DNA from: a virus
Taxonomy: Duplodnaviria > Caudoviricetes
Virus record (IMG/VR): IMGVR_UViG_3300025608_000017
Coordinates: 1-64,000 of that record
Direction: 5' to 3' (one strand)
Length of the DNA: 64,000 nucleotides
Below are positions 53,701 to 61,406 of this stretch, piece by piece. Position numbers and translations under genes: made by a program. How positions within the stretch are numbered: the stretch's first letter is position 1; each line of letters starts with the position of its first letter. A model generated the notes under the pieces. The model searched no databases. It saw nothing but the letters and a program-made list of their open reading frames with translations, and was not told the origin of the DNA.

Positions 53701-56446
53701 GGAAGTCTTTTACTAGTGCATCGACAATTAGTCCAACGTCTCTAAAACATTTTGCTCTACTGTAAGAACCAACCAGTGCAGGGTATGTTGTTTCAATATA
53801 GTTAACAACTTGTTCTTGTATAAACTCTTTGTTGTCAATAAGTGTAAGGGCGTTTGTTTCCCACTTGCCTACATTTTCATAACCAGCACCTGTATTTTTA
53901 AGATAAGCAGGATGACTCAAGTAATGATACCCGAAGTACCCGTCAACTTTATTAGTTAGTGGATTTACATATTCGATACCATTAGGAACTCGGGCAATTA
54001 CAAATGTAATGCTCGACGCACCGCCAGCGCCTAGTTGATCGTCTAAAACAGTTATTCGTTCACCATTTTGCCAGTCTTTGCCTGAATTGGTTACAGTAAT
54101 ATCTGTTATTGTGCCTCCTGCACCAACAGTAATATCAAATTCTGCGTCTTTGCCCAACTTATCAGTAGTCCACGTACTTACACTATACGTTCCTGGAGTT
54201 CTTGCTGCATTTGTCTGCGGATCAAATGATACAGATTCGATATTTGATGTACCTAGTATAAGATTATCAAACTCTGCATCACGATAGAAGAACGTGTTTG
54301 CCCAACGTGATTGCGACACACGTTTCTTTGGACGGATAATACAACGTCTAAATTCGTCACCCTTAACACTTACGTTTGCAGGAATACGGATTGGATAGTC
54401 TTCTTCGTAAATACCACTTTCAATTCTTATTGAAATCTGTGTTTCACGCACATAGTTACCATACTCTAATGGTTCACCTGCTACAAATTCAACAGGCTCT
54501 AATAACTGTACTTCAATTTCATCTGTTCCAACAATACTAACTGCTCTTGGACCTGCTTCGTATTTATAGTCAATAATTCTACCAACTGCGCCTGAGTTTT
54601 TACCACGTACAACTTTACCAGGAATAATATCAGTGTTTTCTGGATTTGCTTGATTGATAAATCCAAGGCCACCATTGTTAATATTAATTTTATAAGTTGT
54701 TTGTCCATCAACAATTTGTGGAGCATCTAACACACCATTTTCGATAACGTCTAGTATGATATCCATTTTTTCGCCAATGGCTTCGTCGGCACTTGTATCC
54801 GGTAGTGCTAGATTAGTTACTTGTGATACTCGTGATTGATATGTTGTAGGCACAGGTGTATTTGTTAAAATATATTGTGTAACAATCGTTTTAGCATACT
54901 CAATACCTGCAATAGTTTCTACACGCTGTGAGCCAATTGCTTTTTGCGCACTAACATTCGAATAGTAACGGATACCTGCCCAACGTGATAGATAGTTAGC
55001 GTTGTTGCCTAGTAGTGCATCTAAACTAACACTATCTAAAATAAATTCAACATCGCGTTGACAAATTTCTACGTCATACGATCCTGCAAAGCTAGGAAAT
55101 GTTGCGTCAATATATCCTGTAACTTCTTTAGCAATAAACTCTTTGTTTGCTACAATGATTGCTCTTGCATTAGCACGGTCTGCAATAGGTGATGAAATGC
55201 CAACAGTATTAGTTAGTGCAGTATTGCCTCCTGTTGCATAAGTCATTGTTTGCATATAAGGACCTGGCTCAGGCGGCGCAGCAATAATTATTTCTTCTGC
55301 TTTCCGTGCTGCTGCATTAATTGTGCGATACGCATATGCTGGTGCACGACCTTCTTTACCATCTGGCGTAAATGTTTGTTGATCTGAACCCGATGTACTT
55401 ACATAAAGATTAACTTGACTCTGTGCTGCTGCATTGTCTACATACAGTTTCGTAGCAGCTTGTAGATCATCAGGACCGTTTGGAAGACCTGTACCTCTTA
55501 GTTCGCCAGGATGGTCAAACAAATTAAGAGCGCCGGTCATATCATCACCCTGACGCCTTACTATACTTTTACGAGGTATAGCAACATTGTCTAGCCAAAA
55601 GCCTCTGAGATTTTCATCATATGCTGCATCAGTAATTGTAAATGTTCCTGAGCCGCCGGACAGCAAAATTCTTCCAGTTGAGTTGATAGCATCATCTTCG
55701 CTATTGTATAAAGCAATATTATCTGTATCGACTATACTAATATATACAGTTCCGCCAGTGGTAACACCAAAAGGATCATCGCCTGTTGAGTTAAATATAA
55801 ATGCAGCGCCGTTGAACGCCGTTGTTAGCCCGTGATCAACAATAGTTAGGTTACCGAGATTAAAACCAGAAGCAGTAAAAATATAGCCAGAGTCGTCAAG
55901 TGGCTCATCACCTAGACGTAGTCCGCCGCCAGCAACTTCTTTTGACTGATAACTTCTGTCAGCAAATGCTTTGTCAATAACAAGGGCACCTGTTGTTAAG
56001 TTTGTTCCGTGTACACTGTTAAATGTATCAATTGCAGCTTGCGTAACACTTACATTAGCAATTGGCTGTGTTGCAGCATCTAGCGGTCCGCCTAAGATTG
56101 GCTCAGGGTCGTTTGATACTTTTGATACAAGTTGTTTAATAATTACTTTGCCGTCAACTGTAAAATCAAAGCCAATAGTGTCTGGTGTGCCGTCTAGGCT
56201 ATTATCTGAAGCAAGTTCAAGTAAATCAATGCCACTGCCGTCTGACTTGACCAAAGGAACTTTGTTTTCGTTACCTTCATATGTGTTAGGAGTGTCATTG
56301 AGATCAGTGAATGATATCTGTCCGCCAATACCAAATACAGCATATAGTTCTTGAAAGTTTTCGTTTACTTTACGAAACGACTCGCGAATACTATCGCCTG
56401 TGCCGTCATTACCTTCAATGCCGATATCAATTTGTTGCTTTGCCAT
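47705..56446 (-). CDS. giant tail/baseplate structural protein (2913 aa) with C-terminal autocleaving chaperone-like domain
   Basis: gp9/10-like N-terminus; DAATKxYVD fibre motifs; C-terminal YADLAENY...GVVSTNP...ALQGRVPC..IGKALE (peptidase G2/IMC-like). Confidence 0.8.
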   Translation of the reverse strand: MAKQQIDIGIEGNDGTGDSIRESFRKVNENFQELYAVFGIGGQISFTDLNDTPNTYEGNENKVPLVKSDGSGIDLLELASDNSLDGTPDTIGFDFTVDGKVIIKQLVSKVSNDPEPILGGPLDAATQPIANVSVTQAAIDTFNSVHGTNLTTGALVIDKAFADRSYQSKEVAGGGLRLGDEPLDDSGYIFTASGFNLGNLTIVDHGLTTAFNGAAFIFNSTGDDPFGVTTGGTVYISIVDTDNIALYNSEDDAINSTGRILLSGGSGTFTITDAAYDENLRGFWLDNVAIPRKSIVRRQGDDMTGALNLFDHPGELRGTGLPNGPDDLQAATKLYVDNAAAQSQVNLYVSTSGSDQQTFTPDGKEGRAPAYAYRTINAAARKAEEIIIAAPPEPGPYMQTMTYATGGNTALTNTVGISSPIADRANARAIIVANKEFIAKEVTGYIDATFPSFAGSYDVEICQRDVEFILDSVSLDALLGNNANYLSRWAGIRYYSNVSAQKAIGSQRVETIAGIEYAKTIVTQYILTNTPVPTTYQSRVSQVTNLALPDTSADEAIGEKMDIILDVIENGVLDAPQIVDGQTTYKININNGGLGFINQANPENTDIIPGKVVRGKNSGAVGRIIDYKYEAGPRAVSIVGTDEIEVQLLEPVEFVAGEPLEYGNYVRETQISIRIESGIYEEDYPIRIPANVSVKGDEFRRCIIRPKKRVSQSRWANTFFYRDAEFDNLILGTSNIESVSFDPQTNAARTPGTYSVSTWTTDKLGKDAEFDITVGAGGTITDITVTNSGKDWQNGERITVLDDQLGAGGASSITFVIARVPNGIEYVNPLTNKVDGYFGYHYLSHPAYLKNTGAGYENVGKWETNALTLIDNKEFIQEQVVNYIETTYPALVGSYSRAKCFRDVGLIVDALVKDFRNGGNEFALEAQGEYYAGAVEAGTEDETVAGIQHIYTIASKLILGENPTTLYNQAGGDASNRLYAADLFNGSGEPDSWESGETYRLGNVIKFTTGLGVTTYYTPTKEHISGSAFDAATIAEFWRVIDGPDVVLQNLIDTVKFAFNEDYNPPLNNIDMDVFLMNDATMVRNITVQGHGGFMCVLDPEGQVLTKSPYIQTGSSFSQSLNKQAFRGGLFVDAFVGNSAVQVTEKVDGSAFRLSIQSLGSPTEPQGLFVRRPETPSAFYIDGRRFQVNAVTNYDKNAGTAELILDPSSNNGTGFTGITSTLATGVDLDSVGTFEFDSVKCARDTGYILDGITFDVALGTNYNSVYNGLAYQRATGSYVQNNQQTQTVQAITKGKTEVAALTEIADSATALARSNAGFDEVIDIINNGTQSVSEPGDGVADALSFPSPAALPTTDADDAATRLQNNRAFLAAEVVAFVNNNTPPAGYNQTKCARDVRYIVDALTYDILYGGNSGTVTNAMAYLDGAAAQLPEAQRLATAAAYDHLATVVAAVITDATGVATTTPQIGNVEVQDTSGAAATATEGNALDALLQIIENVVTAGNLNSLPDVVNPDLTTLAVSAELTDAANDVISNRALIINRVLQSIDSPLPITLQTAGNRSILGNDFTQVNDLGYGLVAANGALSEMVSMFTYYCHASYYSKNGAEIRSLTGSSCYGEFGLVAEGSDPNEIPDSIALYEDMTQPAKAFDVDAILFTTGPLVLQAGETLTQALSGATGEVAVATSTTGGSNVVYLTSITGAFDTTNEITGSVSGALGANSVPVSVDANGYDNPKESLAVYVYDMKDVPSNRSEVNIYHPARPAFARYEVANAELVTHIIGEYPLLAETTDYTATKTDPAATGFVFNLYKTIDAGYSVEFAGANDGVNYTVGDTFVVTGDKLGGATPANDCTVTVDDVDGDGAITEVSAAGTIAVEGSTPMYSGKVYKLNFSTSDTQFSANGLLEIVPFNTSIVYYRNQTHIISDLARPDVLTIRPSTALTFDENPDFVYRSISFLTSDSLGNDLPENTSQAGLDSTYDFIRLSIDPAKAQETALAGTGTTKGNTVGDVVLAVKLADENEIFRLNNNARTPTGNRPAGWTADSLATDSPIITWGGKKHYVFNYRGVGAGDVVEEPGEDNIYAIVDLVDYDTINQTDATGIASTTVLGSELVTLRAGLKAGATGSVTVNISTCRATGHDFLDIGTGGFNTSNYPNVIFGEPGEKKESNEVIEKGKGRVFYVSTDQNGIFRVGRFFSVDQGTGTVTFSASLALSDVDGLGFKRGVVITEFSTDTAMVDNASDTVPTESAVRGYVNRRLGYDVTGAPVANKLGPGVLAPNGAVPMTDDLNAAGNTITNLGTPVNDADAATKSYVDEGRGGNDEIKDLRSVEYNNIAANQLLVSTGNKKLILEAGSILGGGFAVSDVITGSISGATGTVVDYKDGLVGIEGNIVEITYEPLTGVFSDGKPADGPAADVLTAPGGKQGNVLDGPVDEWANGVAAESSDVVITTTRTAGDGRQVEINMSVATGSVVNADVSGTAQIAQSKLNLNAATTRVDATGISQSDLGSASFDDAKFEVTDGWVTVKSGSVSLIDLENIATDTVLGRSADGSGVVSEIPFSTIVDEGTGLLDADFTAEILAASDAGEALVKTGDGTYGISNISVTGEGNSIVKTDQEGTIQVNSLILGGDSSYEVLSLDSLTLQVKTPSQGLIFTAVGGTGGGSPTYPDMLVKGSVGIGGTGISESILQGTSNFTGEKVLGVDWIYSSFIEAPGEKGAASTAIAIGANTGKTTAGQVGIVTADTGSASSVVPAIFSSTGIVPDTDNTYDIGSATKKYKDVYATLFRGTATESYYADLAENYLADAEYTPGTVIEFGGAAEVTQSTTHGTHRVAGVVSTNPAHLMNSHCEGDNVVAIALQGRVPCNVIGKVAKGDMLVASNVPGYAIVNNTPTVGSVIGKALEDKLDGDKGTVEVVVGKH

Positions 56447-56460
56447 TTATATTGCTCCGT

Positions 56461-56826
56461 TTATATTGCTGGGGTTGCCAGATTATTCATATCAAAATTT
56501 ACGCTTATACCACAGCCGCATGCTGATTGAGCGTTAGGATTGATGATTTCAAACATCGAACCCATAATATCTTTTTTGTAATTTATTTCAGTTCCTACTA
56601 AAAACATAATACTGGCTGCACCAATTACAAATATACCGTCGTTGTCTGTTTTTAACACTACATCATTAGATTCAACTTCGTCTGCGGAGTTTATTGTTCC
56701 CCAATCGTATTCAAATCCTGCACATCCGCCACCTTTTAAATTTAATGTAACTGCATAGCACTGAGTATCATCGCATATAGCGTCAATCTGTGCTTTTGCA
56801 CTGTCAGTTAGTGTACAAATAGTCAT
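56461..56826 (-). CDS. iscA: A-type Fe-S cluster carrier (IscA/HesB)
   Basis: KGGGCAGFEY and NPNAQSACGCGIS. Confidence 0.9.
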   Translation of the reverse strand: MTICTLTDSAKAQIDAICDDTQCYAVTLNLKGGGCAGFEYDWGTINSADEVESNDVVLKTDNDGIFVIGAASIMFLVGTEINYKKDIMGSMFEIINPNAQSACGCGISVNFDMNNLATPAI

Positions 56827-56846
56827 GATGTTTCCTTCTATGATAG

Positions 56847-56853
56847 TATTTAT
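56847..56853 (-). promoter_or_regulatory. T4-type late promoter ATAAATA
   Basis: 21 nt upstream of the iscA start. Confidence 0.55.
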
Positions 56854-56887
56854 TATTTAATTTTATAATCTTAATGTAAATATAGTT

Positions 56888-57175
56888 ATGTTCATAAGAG
56901 AATTTAAAAAGCAAACACGGCATGTGCGCACCAGCAAAACGGGCACGGAACACGCCTATACACGCGAATTAACTGTGTGTGTATTTCGTTGCGACAGTTG
57001 CGATACAGAGTTTGAACGTACAAGAGGTAGTATGGATCCTAAGCGCCTAAGTAATTCTTACTTTCACGTATGTAAGAACTGTGATAGTAAGAAATTTGCT
57101 CAAAAGAAAGGCGTAGAACAGAAGCAAAAATGGAATATGACTGCTAGTAGTTCTACGCCTATTAGTAAACTTTAG
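56888..57175 (+). CDS. zinc-ribbon protein
   Basis: CDSC...CKNC; one of the few plus-strand genes. Confidence 0.7.
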   Translation: MFIREFKKQTRHVRTSKTGTEHAYTRELTVCVFRCDSCDTEFERTRGSMDPKRLSNSYFHVCKNCDSKKFAQKKGVEQKQKWNMTASSSTPISKL

Positions 57176-57381
57176 TTTCTTCTAAAAAGATCAGCAGCAT
57201 TACACTGCGGTTGAGCTCTACAATTTCTAATATTATTCTCCCACATAATTTGATCTGGCATCCAATCAAACTCGGGTAGATCTCTATAAGTATTAGCAGA
57301 ACTATTACATCCTGCTAACAATACAGCTAAAACTACTATAGATAAATGTACTACAAATATAGAATGCAGTAGTCTAATCAT
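57172..57381 (-). CDS. small putative lipoprotein
   Basis: Hydrophobic signal with lipobox LAGC; two further Cys. Confidence 0.55.
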   Translation of the reverse strand: MIRLLHSIFVVHLSIVVLAVLLAGCNSSANTYRDLPEFDWMPDQIMWENNIRNCRAQPQCNAADLFRRN

Positions 57382-58648
57382 TTCCGGCTATCATCCTTTG
57401 TGATTTAAGTTTGTTGTATCCCTCATCGTCTAAGTGTGTAATAGCAAGCCAAGCATGTGTCATCTCATCGCCTGTGCGTGAGCCGCCCATTACCCACATA
57501 TCTGGATCCGGATTGTTTGGATTGTCTGAGGTATTGTCATACCACTGTTTTAATATAATAACTGCGCCTGCAGGTATTAATGGTGCCACTTCAGGAGCAT
57601 ACAAATGGCTGTGATGCCATGTTGCGCTCCACTTAGAGATTTGACTCACTGCTTCTGTTCTACCAGTTTCAGGATAGAAAATTTCTAGACTTGCTGCATT
57701 CATGCGCAAGTGACCGTGTGGTTGGAAACTATCTAAACGCACAGGATGGTCGAAAGAATGGAAACCTTGTGTCATTGCATATCCATTGGGTGGGATAACC
57801 AGATCGTCCTGATCCCCTAAGCGATACAAACTCAAATCTTGTTTGTATTTTAATTGTTGGCTTTCCTCTTCTGTGTATAACCAAAGACCAATCTCTACCA
57901 CATTGTCTTTGATGACAGAACCTGGGGCCATTGCTCCAAGACCACCTGGGAACATGTGAATATCCCAACTGATTTGTGCGTCTGCGGGGATCGTACGGCA
58001 GACTCCTTCTGGTACAATCTCTCCCCACTTTCCCATAGCATACTCAGTGAGCATGCCTTCACGCCCTTCTGCTGTGAGAATACTTGAGTTAGCGTGATGT
58101 ACTACTGACTTGGCTGCACCTCGTGGTTTGACTTGAACTGCTTTGATACATCTGTCTTGAGTAATACCACTTGGTACTAAATGCTTGTGCCATAGATCAT
58201 TGCCGTTTGCAGGAATGTCTATTGCTACACTAGGAATGATTGCGTCTGGTGTTCCAAAGTCACCTTCAAAGTTCCATGCTTCCGGATCTCTAATTGGAGG
58301 TGCTTGTACAGCAACGTCTTGGTCACCGTACTGTGCGCCTGAGTTTACCCACGCAACAACTGTGTCAATATCTTCTTGTGATAAACGCCAGTCGCCTTGT
58401 AGGTCTTGTATGCCTATACCGTGATCGTAAGCATACGGAGGCATTTCTCTATTTGCTACTTTTAATTGTATAAGAGGTGCCCATGGGCGTACCTGCTCAT
58501 AGGTTTCAAAACTCATAGGTCCTATGCCGCCTTGACGGTGACACACAACACAATTGTTGTTGATAATTTCTGCTACTTCGTTTGTGTAAGTTTGTGCTGA
58601 TACAGCAAAGGGAAACAGCACAGCGAATACTGCGATAATGTGTTTCAT
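57374..58648 (-). CDS. secreted heme-c domain + type II copper monooxygenase (PHM/DBH-like)
   Basis: Signal peptide; CVVCH; VVHHAN (CuH); PHGHL and GDEMT (CuM). Confidence 0.8.
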   Translation of the reverse strand: MKHIIAVFAVLFPFAVSAQTYTNEVAEIINNNCVVCHRQGGIGPMSFETYEQVRPWAPLIQLKVANREMPPYAYDHGIGIQDLQGDWRLSQEDIDTVVAWVNSGAQYGDQDVAVQAPPIRDPEAWNFEGDFGTPDAIIPSVAIDIPANGNDLWHKHLVPSGITQDRCIKAVQVKPRGAAKSVVHHANSSILTAEGREGMLTEYAMGKWGEIVPEGVCRTIPADAQISWDIHMFPGGLGAMAPGSVIKDNVVEIGLWLYTEEESQQLKYKQDLSLYRLGDQDDLVIPPNGYAMTQGFHSFDHPVRLDSFQPHGHLRMNAASLEIFYPETGRTEAVSQISKWSATWHHSHLYAPEVAPLIPAGAVIILKQWYDNTSDNPNNPDPDMWVMGGSRTGDEMTHAWLAITHLDDEGYNKLKSQRMIAGND

Positions 58649-58735
58649 ATATAATTCTCCTGGGAACTATTAATATTTAAACACATTATCGCAGTATTGC
58701 AACCTCTTTCGGCAAGAAGTTACAATTTATTACAT

Positions 58736-58969
58736 TTAGCTTCTTGAAGGGTATATACCCTCTAATGCAATAATTGCTTTACAGCCGTTTAGATCTTCTA
58801 TTTTAGGTAAGGCAAATGTTGTTCTACCATCGCCGCCATAGGTTGTACCTAATATACTAAACAATGCTTCCCATTCTGCAATAGGCAGTAGTTGATGTTG
58901 GCAAAATGACCAACCTCTTGGAGCAAAGTTACCTGCAAAGTATTTTACTTCTCCTACAAACGGTTCCAT
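58736..58969 (-). CDS. phage tail collar domain protein
   Basis: FVGEVKYFAGNFAPRGWSFC...LFSILGTTYGGDGRTTFALP. Confidence 0.88.
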   Translation of the reverse strand: MEPFVGEVKYFAGNFAPRGWSFCQHQLLPIAEWEALFSILGTTYGGDGRTTFALPKIEDLNGCKAIIALEGIYPSRS

Positions 58970-59133
58970 TATTCAGCCTTCCAAATTGTCCAAGCACCAT
59001 AAGCAATAGCGCCATAAGCAACTAGAGCAGCGATTGGTTTAAAAATTAAAAACGCAATACCTGCGCCAATTAGTACTGCGCCGTCGAGTGTTGTTCTTTC
59101 TTCTAGTCTTTTCTTAATCCATGCTTTAACCAT
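58969..59133 (-). CDS. small membrane protein (54 aa)
   Basis: Manual: MVKAWIKKRLEERTTLDGAVLIGAG... Confidence 0.6.
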   Translation of the reverse strand: MVKAWIKKRLEERTTLDGAVLIGAGIAFLIFKPIAALVAYGAIAYGAWTIWKAE

Positions 59134-59190
59134 TTTTAAATCTCCTGTGTAAAATATTTAGTAAATAATAGTTCCTTAAGGAGGAAAACT

Positions 59191-59481
59191 ATGTTTAAAT
59201 GGATGAAAAACTTATTTGTAAAAGCAGAGGATGTAGCAATTCCAGCACAAAAATTATCTGATATTGCTCCCAAAGCAGTTACAACTAAAAAAGCAGTAAA
59301 AGTAGAAAAGGTTGTTGAAGTTGACGCAAAGACTGTAAAAGTCACTAAAGCAGGTTTATCAAAGTTAACTAAGCAAGGCTTAGAAGACTTTGCAAAATCT
59401 AATTATGGTGTTGACATTGACAAACGTAAAAAGAAACCTGACCTAGTTAAAGAAGTATTAGCACTTTCTAAGAAGGCCTAA
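59191..59481 (+). CDS. Lys-rich protein with Rho-N/SAP-like helical C-terminus
   Basis: SD GGAGG; LSKLTKQGLEDFAK...KKPDLV; GTAAATA upstream. Confidence 0.6.
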   Translation: MFKWMKNLFVKAEDVAIPAQKLSDIAPKAVTTKKAVKVEKVVEVDAKTVKVTKAGLSKLTKQGLEDFAKSNYGVDIDKRKKKPDLVKEVLALSKKA

Positions 59482-59755
59482 TCATACCCTTTAGCTGTTC
59501 AATTGCAGTTTCACAGCGAGTCAGCTTACGCTCTAATACAGTAATAGCTGCTCGCTGTTTTCTTGACTGCTCTTCCAAACTGCGCACATAAGCTTCTGTA
59601 GGAATCTTTTGTACACTTCCATCTTCACCTAACATTTCAAACATGTCAGCGCCTTGCGCACGTAATCCACCTGCTACACGATTAGGATTCTTGTCAGATG
59701 ATGACTGGGTCTGGGTTGGATTTTTTCTTCCGTACATTTGATTCAAATAGCTCAT
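59468..59755 (-). CDS. hypothetical coiled-coil protein
   Basis: Likely start is MSYLNQ at 59755. Confidence 0.6.
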   Translation of the reverse strand: MSYLNQMYGRKNPTQTQSSSDKNPNRVAGGLRAQGADMFEMLGEDGSVQKIPTEAYVRSLEEQSRKQRAAITVLERKLTRCETAIEQLKGMIRPS

Positions 59756-60782
59756 TGTCTTTTCCTTTGTAATATTTATACAACTCAATACTTGCTAGAT
59801 TTTTGCATTTTGCCTCGCACATGATATCTGTGTAAGGTAAAAATGAGAGTGCATAATCATTGACTACACTATTAGGATAGTAATCACTGTGTGCTCGCAG
59901 TTTTGCTTTCTTGTGTCCTGCTTCTAGTAGTGCGGGCATATCAGGCATAGTATCGTGTGCAAATCCCTCTGGCAATGCCGTGTCTCTGCTATACGAATAA
60001 TGTATTGCAGGACGAACACCTCTCCAACTGTCAACTATGCGTTTAAATCTATCGTCGGTGGGAAGAAGGTATGTTCCTTCACGGCACCAGTGATGGTGTA
60101 TGTCCAAAACGAGTGCAAGGTCGTCGGCAAGTTCGAGGCTGTGCTCAACTCCCCACTTGTTTTCGTCGTTCTCGATTGTAATGGAGTTTCTTGCTTCAGG
60201 CGAGAGTCGTTTAAGTGCGTCCTTGATCCCTTGTGGACCTTTTCGACCCGATATATGGACATTGCATTTAAAGTCTTGGAATTGTTTTCCGAAACCCATA
60301 TAGCGGATGAGGTTGGCGTGATATTCAAATTCTTCTATGCTCCGTTCTACAATTTCTTCGTTGTCACTAGCTAGAACAGTAAATTGTCCTGGGTGCATGG
60401 ATAGTCTGACATCTAACTCTCTTGCCGTATCGCCAACAGCACCATAATGTTTTTCAAGATAGGCAATAACATCAGGACGCTGCCAGTAATAACTCCAATC
60501 CCGCTGAGTATAAACAGGAAGCTGATTGCTGCCCAATCTAACCATACGAAGTTCTGGAGGAAGGCTTCCCACATATTCTACTAACCTTTTGGCTGCTGCT
60601 GCATTATGCACCATGATATCCCACAGGCGCTGTTCTGCAACATCTTTTGTCTGCCTATTTAGCCATTGCACAGTTGTGCATTTTTCAGTTAGCGGACGTT
60701 GTATTTCTTCAAGTATTTTCTTTTTTTGTGTTTGATCTGGATGAAGATACTTGCATGCGAAGCCTATACGTTTGGTTGTCAT
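59694..60782 (-). CDS. uvsE: UV damage endonuclease UvdE/UvsE
   Basis: RIGFAC, RLSMHPGQF, IENDE, LDIHHHW, HYS, RAHSDY, IMCEAKCK. Confidence 0.92.
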   Translation of the reverse strand: MTTKRIGFACKYLHPDQTQKKKILEEIQRPLTEKCTTVQWLNRQTKDVAEQRLWDIMVHNAAAAKRLVEYVGSLPPELRMVRLGSNQLPVYTQRDWSYYWQRPDVIAYLEKHYGAVGDTARELDVRLSMHPGQFTVLASDNEEIVERSIEEFEYHANLIRYMGFGKQFQDFKCNVHISGRKGPQGIKDALKRLSPEARNSITIENDENKWGVEHSLELADDLALVLDIHHHWCREGTYLLPTDDRFKRIVDSWRGVRPAIHYSYSRDTALPEGFAHDTMPDMPALLEAGHKKAKLRAHSDYYPNSVVNDYALSFLPYTDIMCEAKCKNLASIELYKYYKGKDNELFESNVRKKKSNPDPVII

Positions 60783-60812
60783 AATGTGTGCCTATTCGTT
60801 TATTGTTTAATT

Positions 60813-60841
60813 AGTATAACACTGTTAACGCCAGTTGTCAA
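60813..60841 (-). promoter_or_regulatory. sigma70 promoter TTGACA-N17-TATACT
   Basis: Near-consensus, upstream of uvsE. Confidence 0.75.
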
Positions 60842-61405
60842 CTATCTTGTAGTATTAAAACTGATAACTGTACGGGCATCATTGTTATTTTTGTCAGTGT
60901 AGTGCTCTAGCCAACTAGGGAATATCACCAACAAGTCCTCATAGCAAGGAATACAATGTTGGTACTCGTTAAATGGACTGTCTGTTGAAAAAATATCGTT
61001 CATCCTATATGGCTTCAATGGACTTGAAAAATATAAATTTGACGAACCTTCTGGTGCATTAATATAATACGCTCCACTTAATACACTTCCTTCGTGCCTA
61101 TGCGGCACAACACTGCCTCCATCATTCATTCGATTAAACCAGCTATTTCCGACTTTTAAAGGAGAATAACCGCCAACCGAAGCGTATTGCTTAATATTAT
61201 TAGAAATATCTGTTTTTAATTCAATTAAATCGGGATGATCTAATATTGGAGAGGATGAAAAGCTACTGAGTCCGTTATCTAATAAGTCGTGATCTGTTAA
61301 CTCTGTATTTTTTATTATTTCCAAAGCTCTTGTCTTACAAGAATGATTGCTCATATCTACTAACATTACTGCTGTTGGGAATATGCTTATTATTTTGTTA
61401 TCCAT
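60842..61405 (-). CDS. putative 2OG-Fe(II) oxygenase (TIGR02466-like)
   Basis: PHRHEGSVLSGAYY, FPSWLEH, RTVISFN. Confidence 0.8.
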   Translation of the reverse strand: MDNKIISIFPTAVMLVDMSNHSCKTRALEIIKNTELTDHDLLDNGLSSFSSSPILDHPDLIELKTDISNNIKQYASVGGYSPLKVGNSWFNRMNDGGSVVPHRHEGSVLSGAYYINAPEGSSNLYFSSPLKPYRMNDIFSTDSPFNEYQHCIPCYEDLLVIFPSWLEHYTDKNNNDARTVISFNTTR

Positions 61406-61406
61406 A

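Noticed and set aside
44353-56446. Diversity-generating retroelement or invertible fibre cassette
   Set aside because: No reverse transcriptase, invertase or template/variable repeat pair is visible in the window.
39764-56526. Long plus-strand ORFs opposite the structural genes (e.g. 39764..40420, 45053..45580, 46343..46858)
   Set aside because: Mirror-frame artefacts of Gly/Thr/Asp-rich RNY coding.
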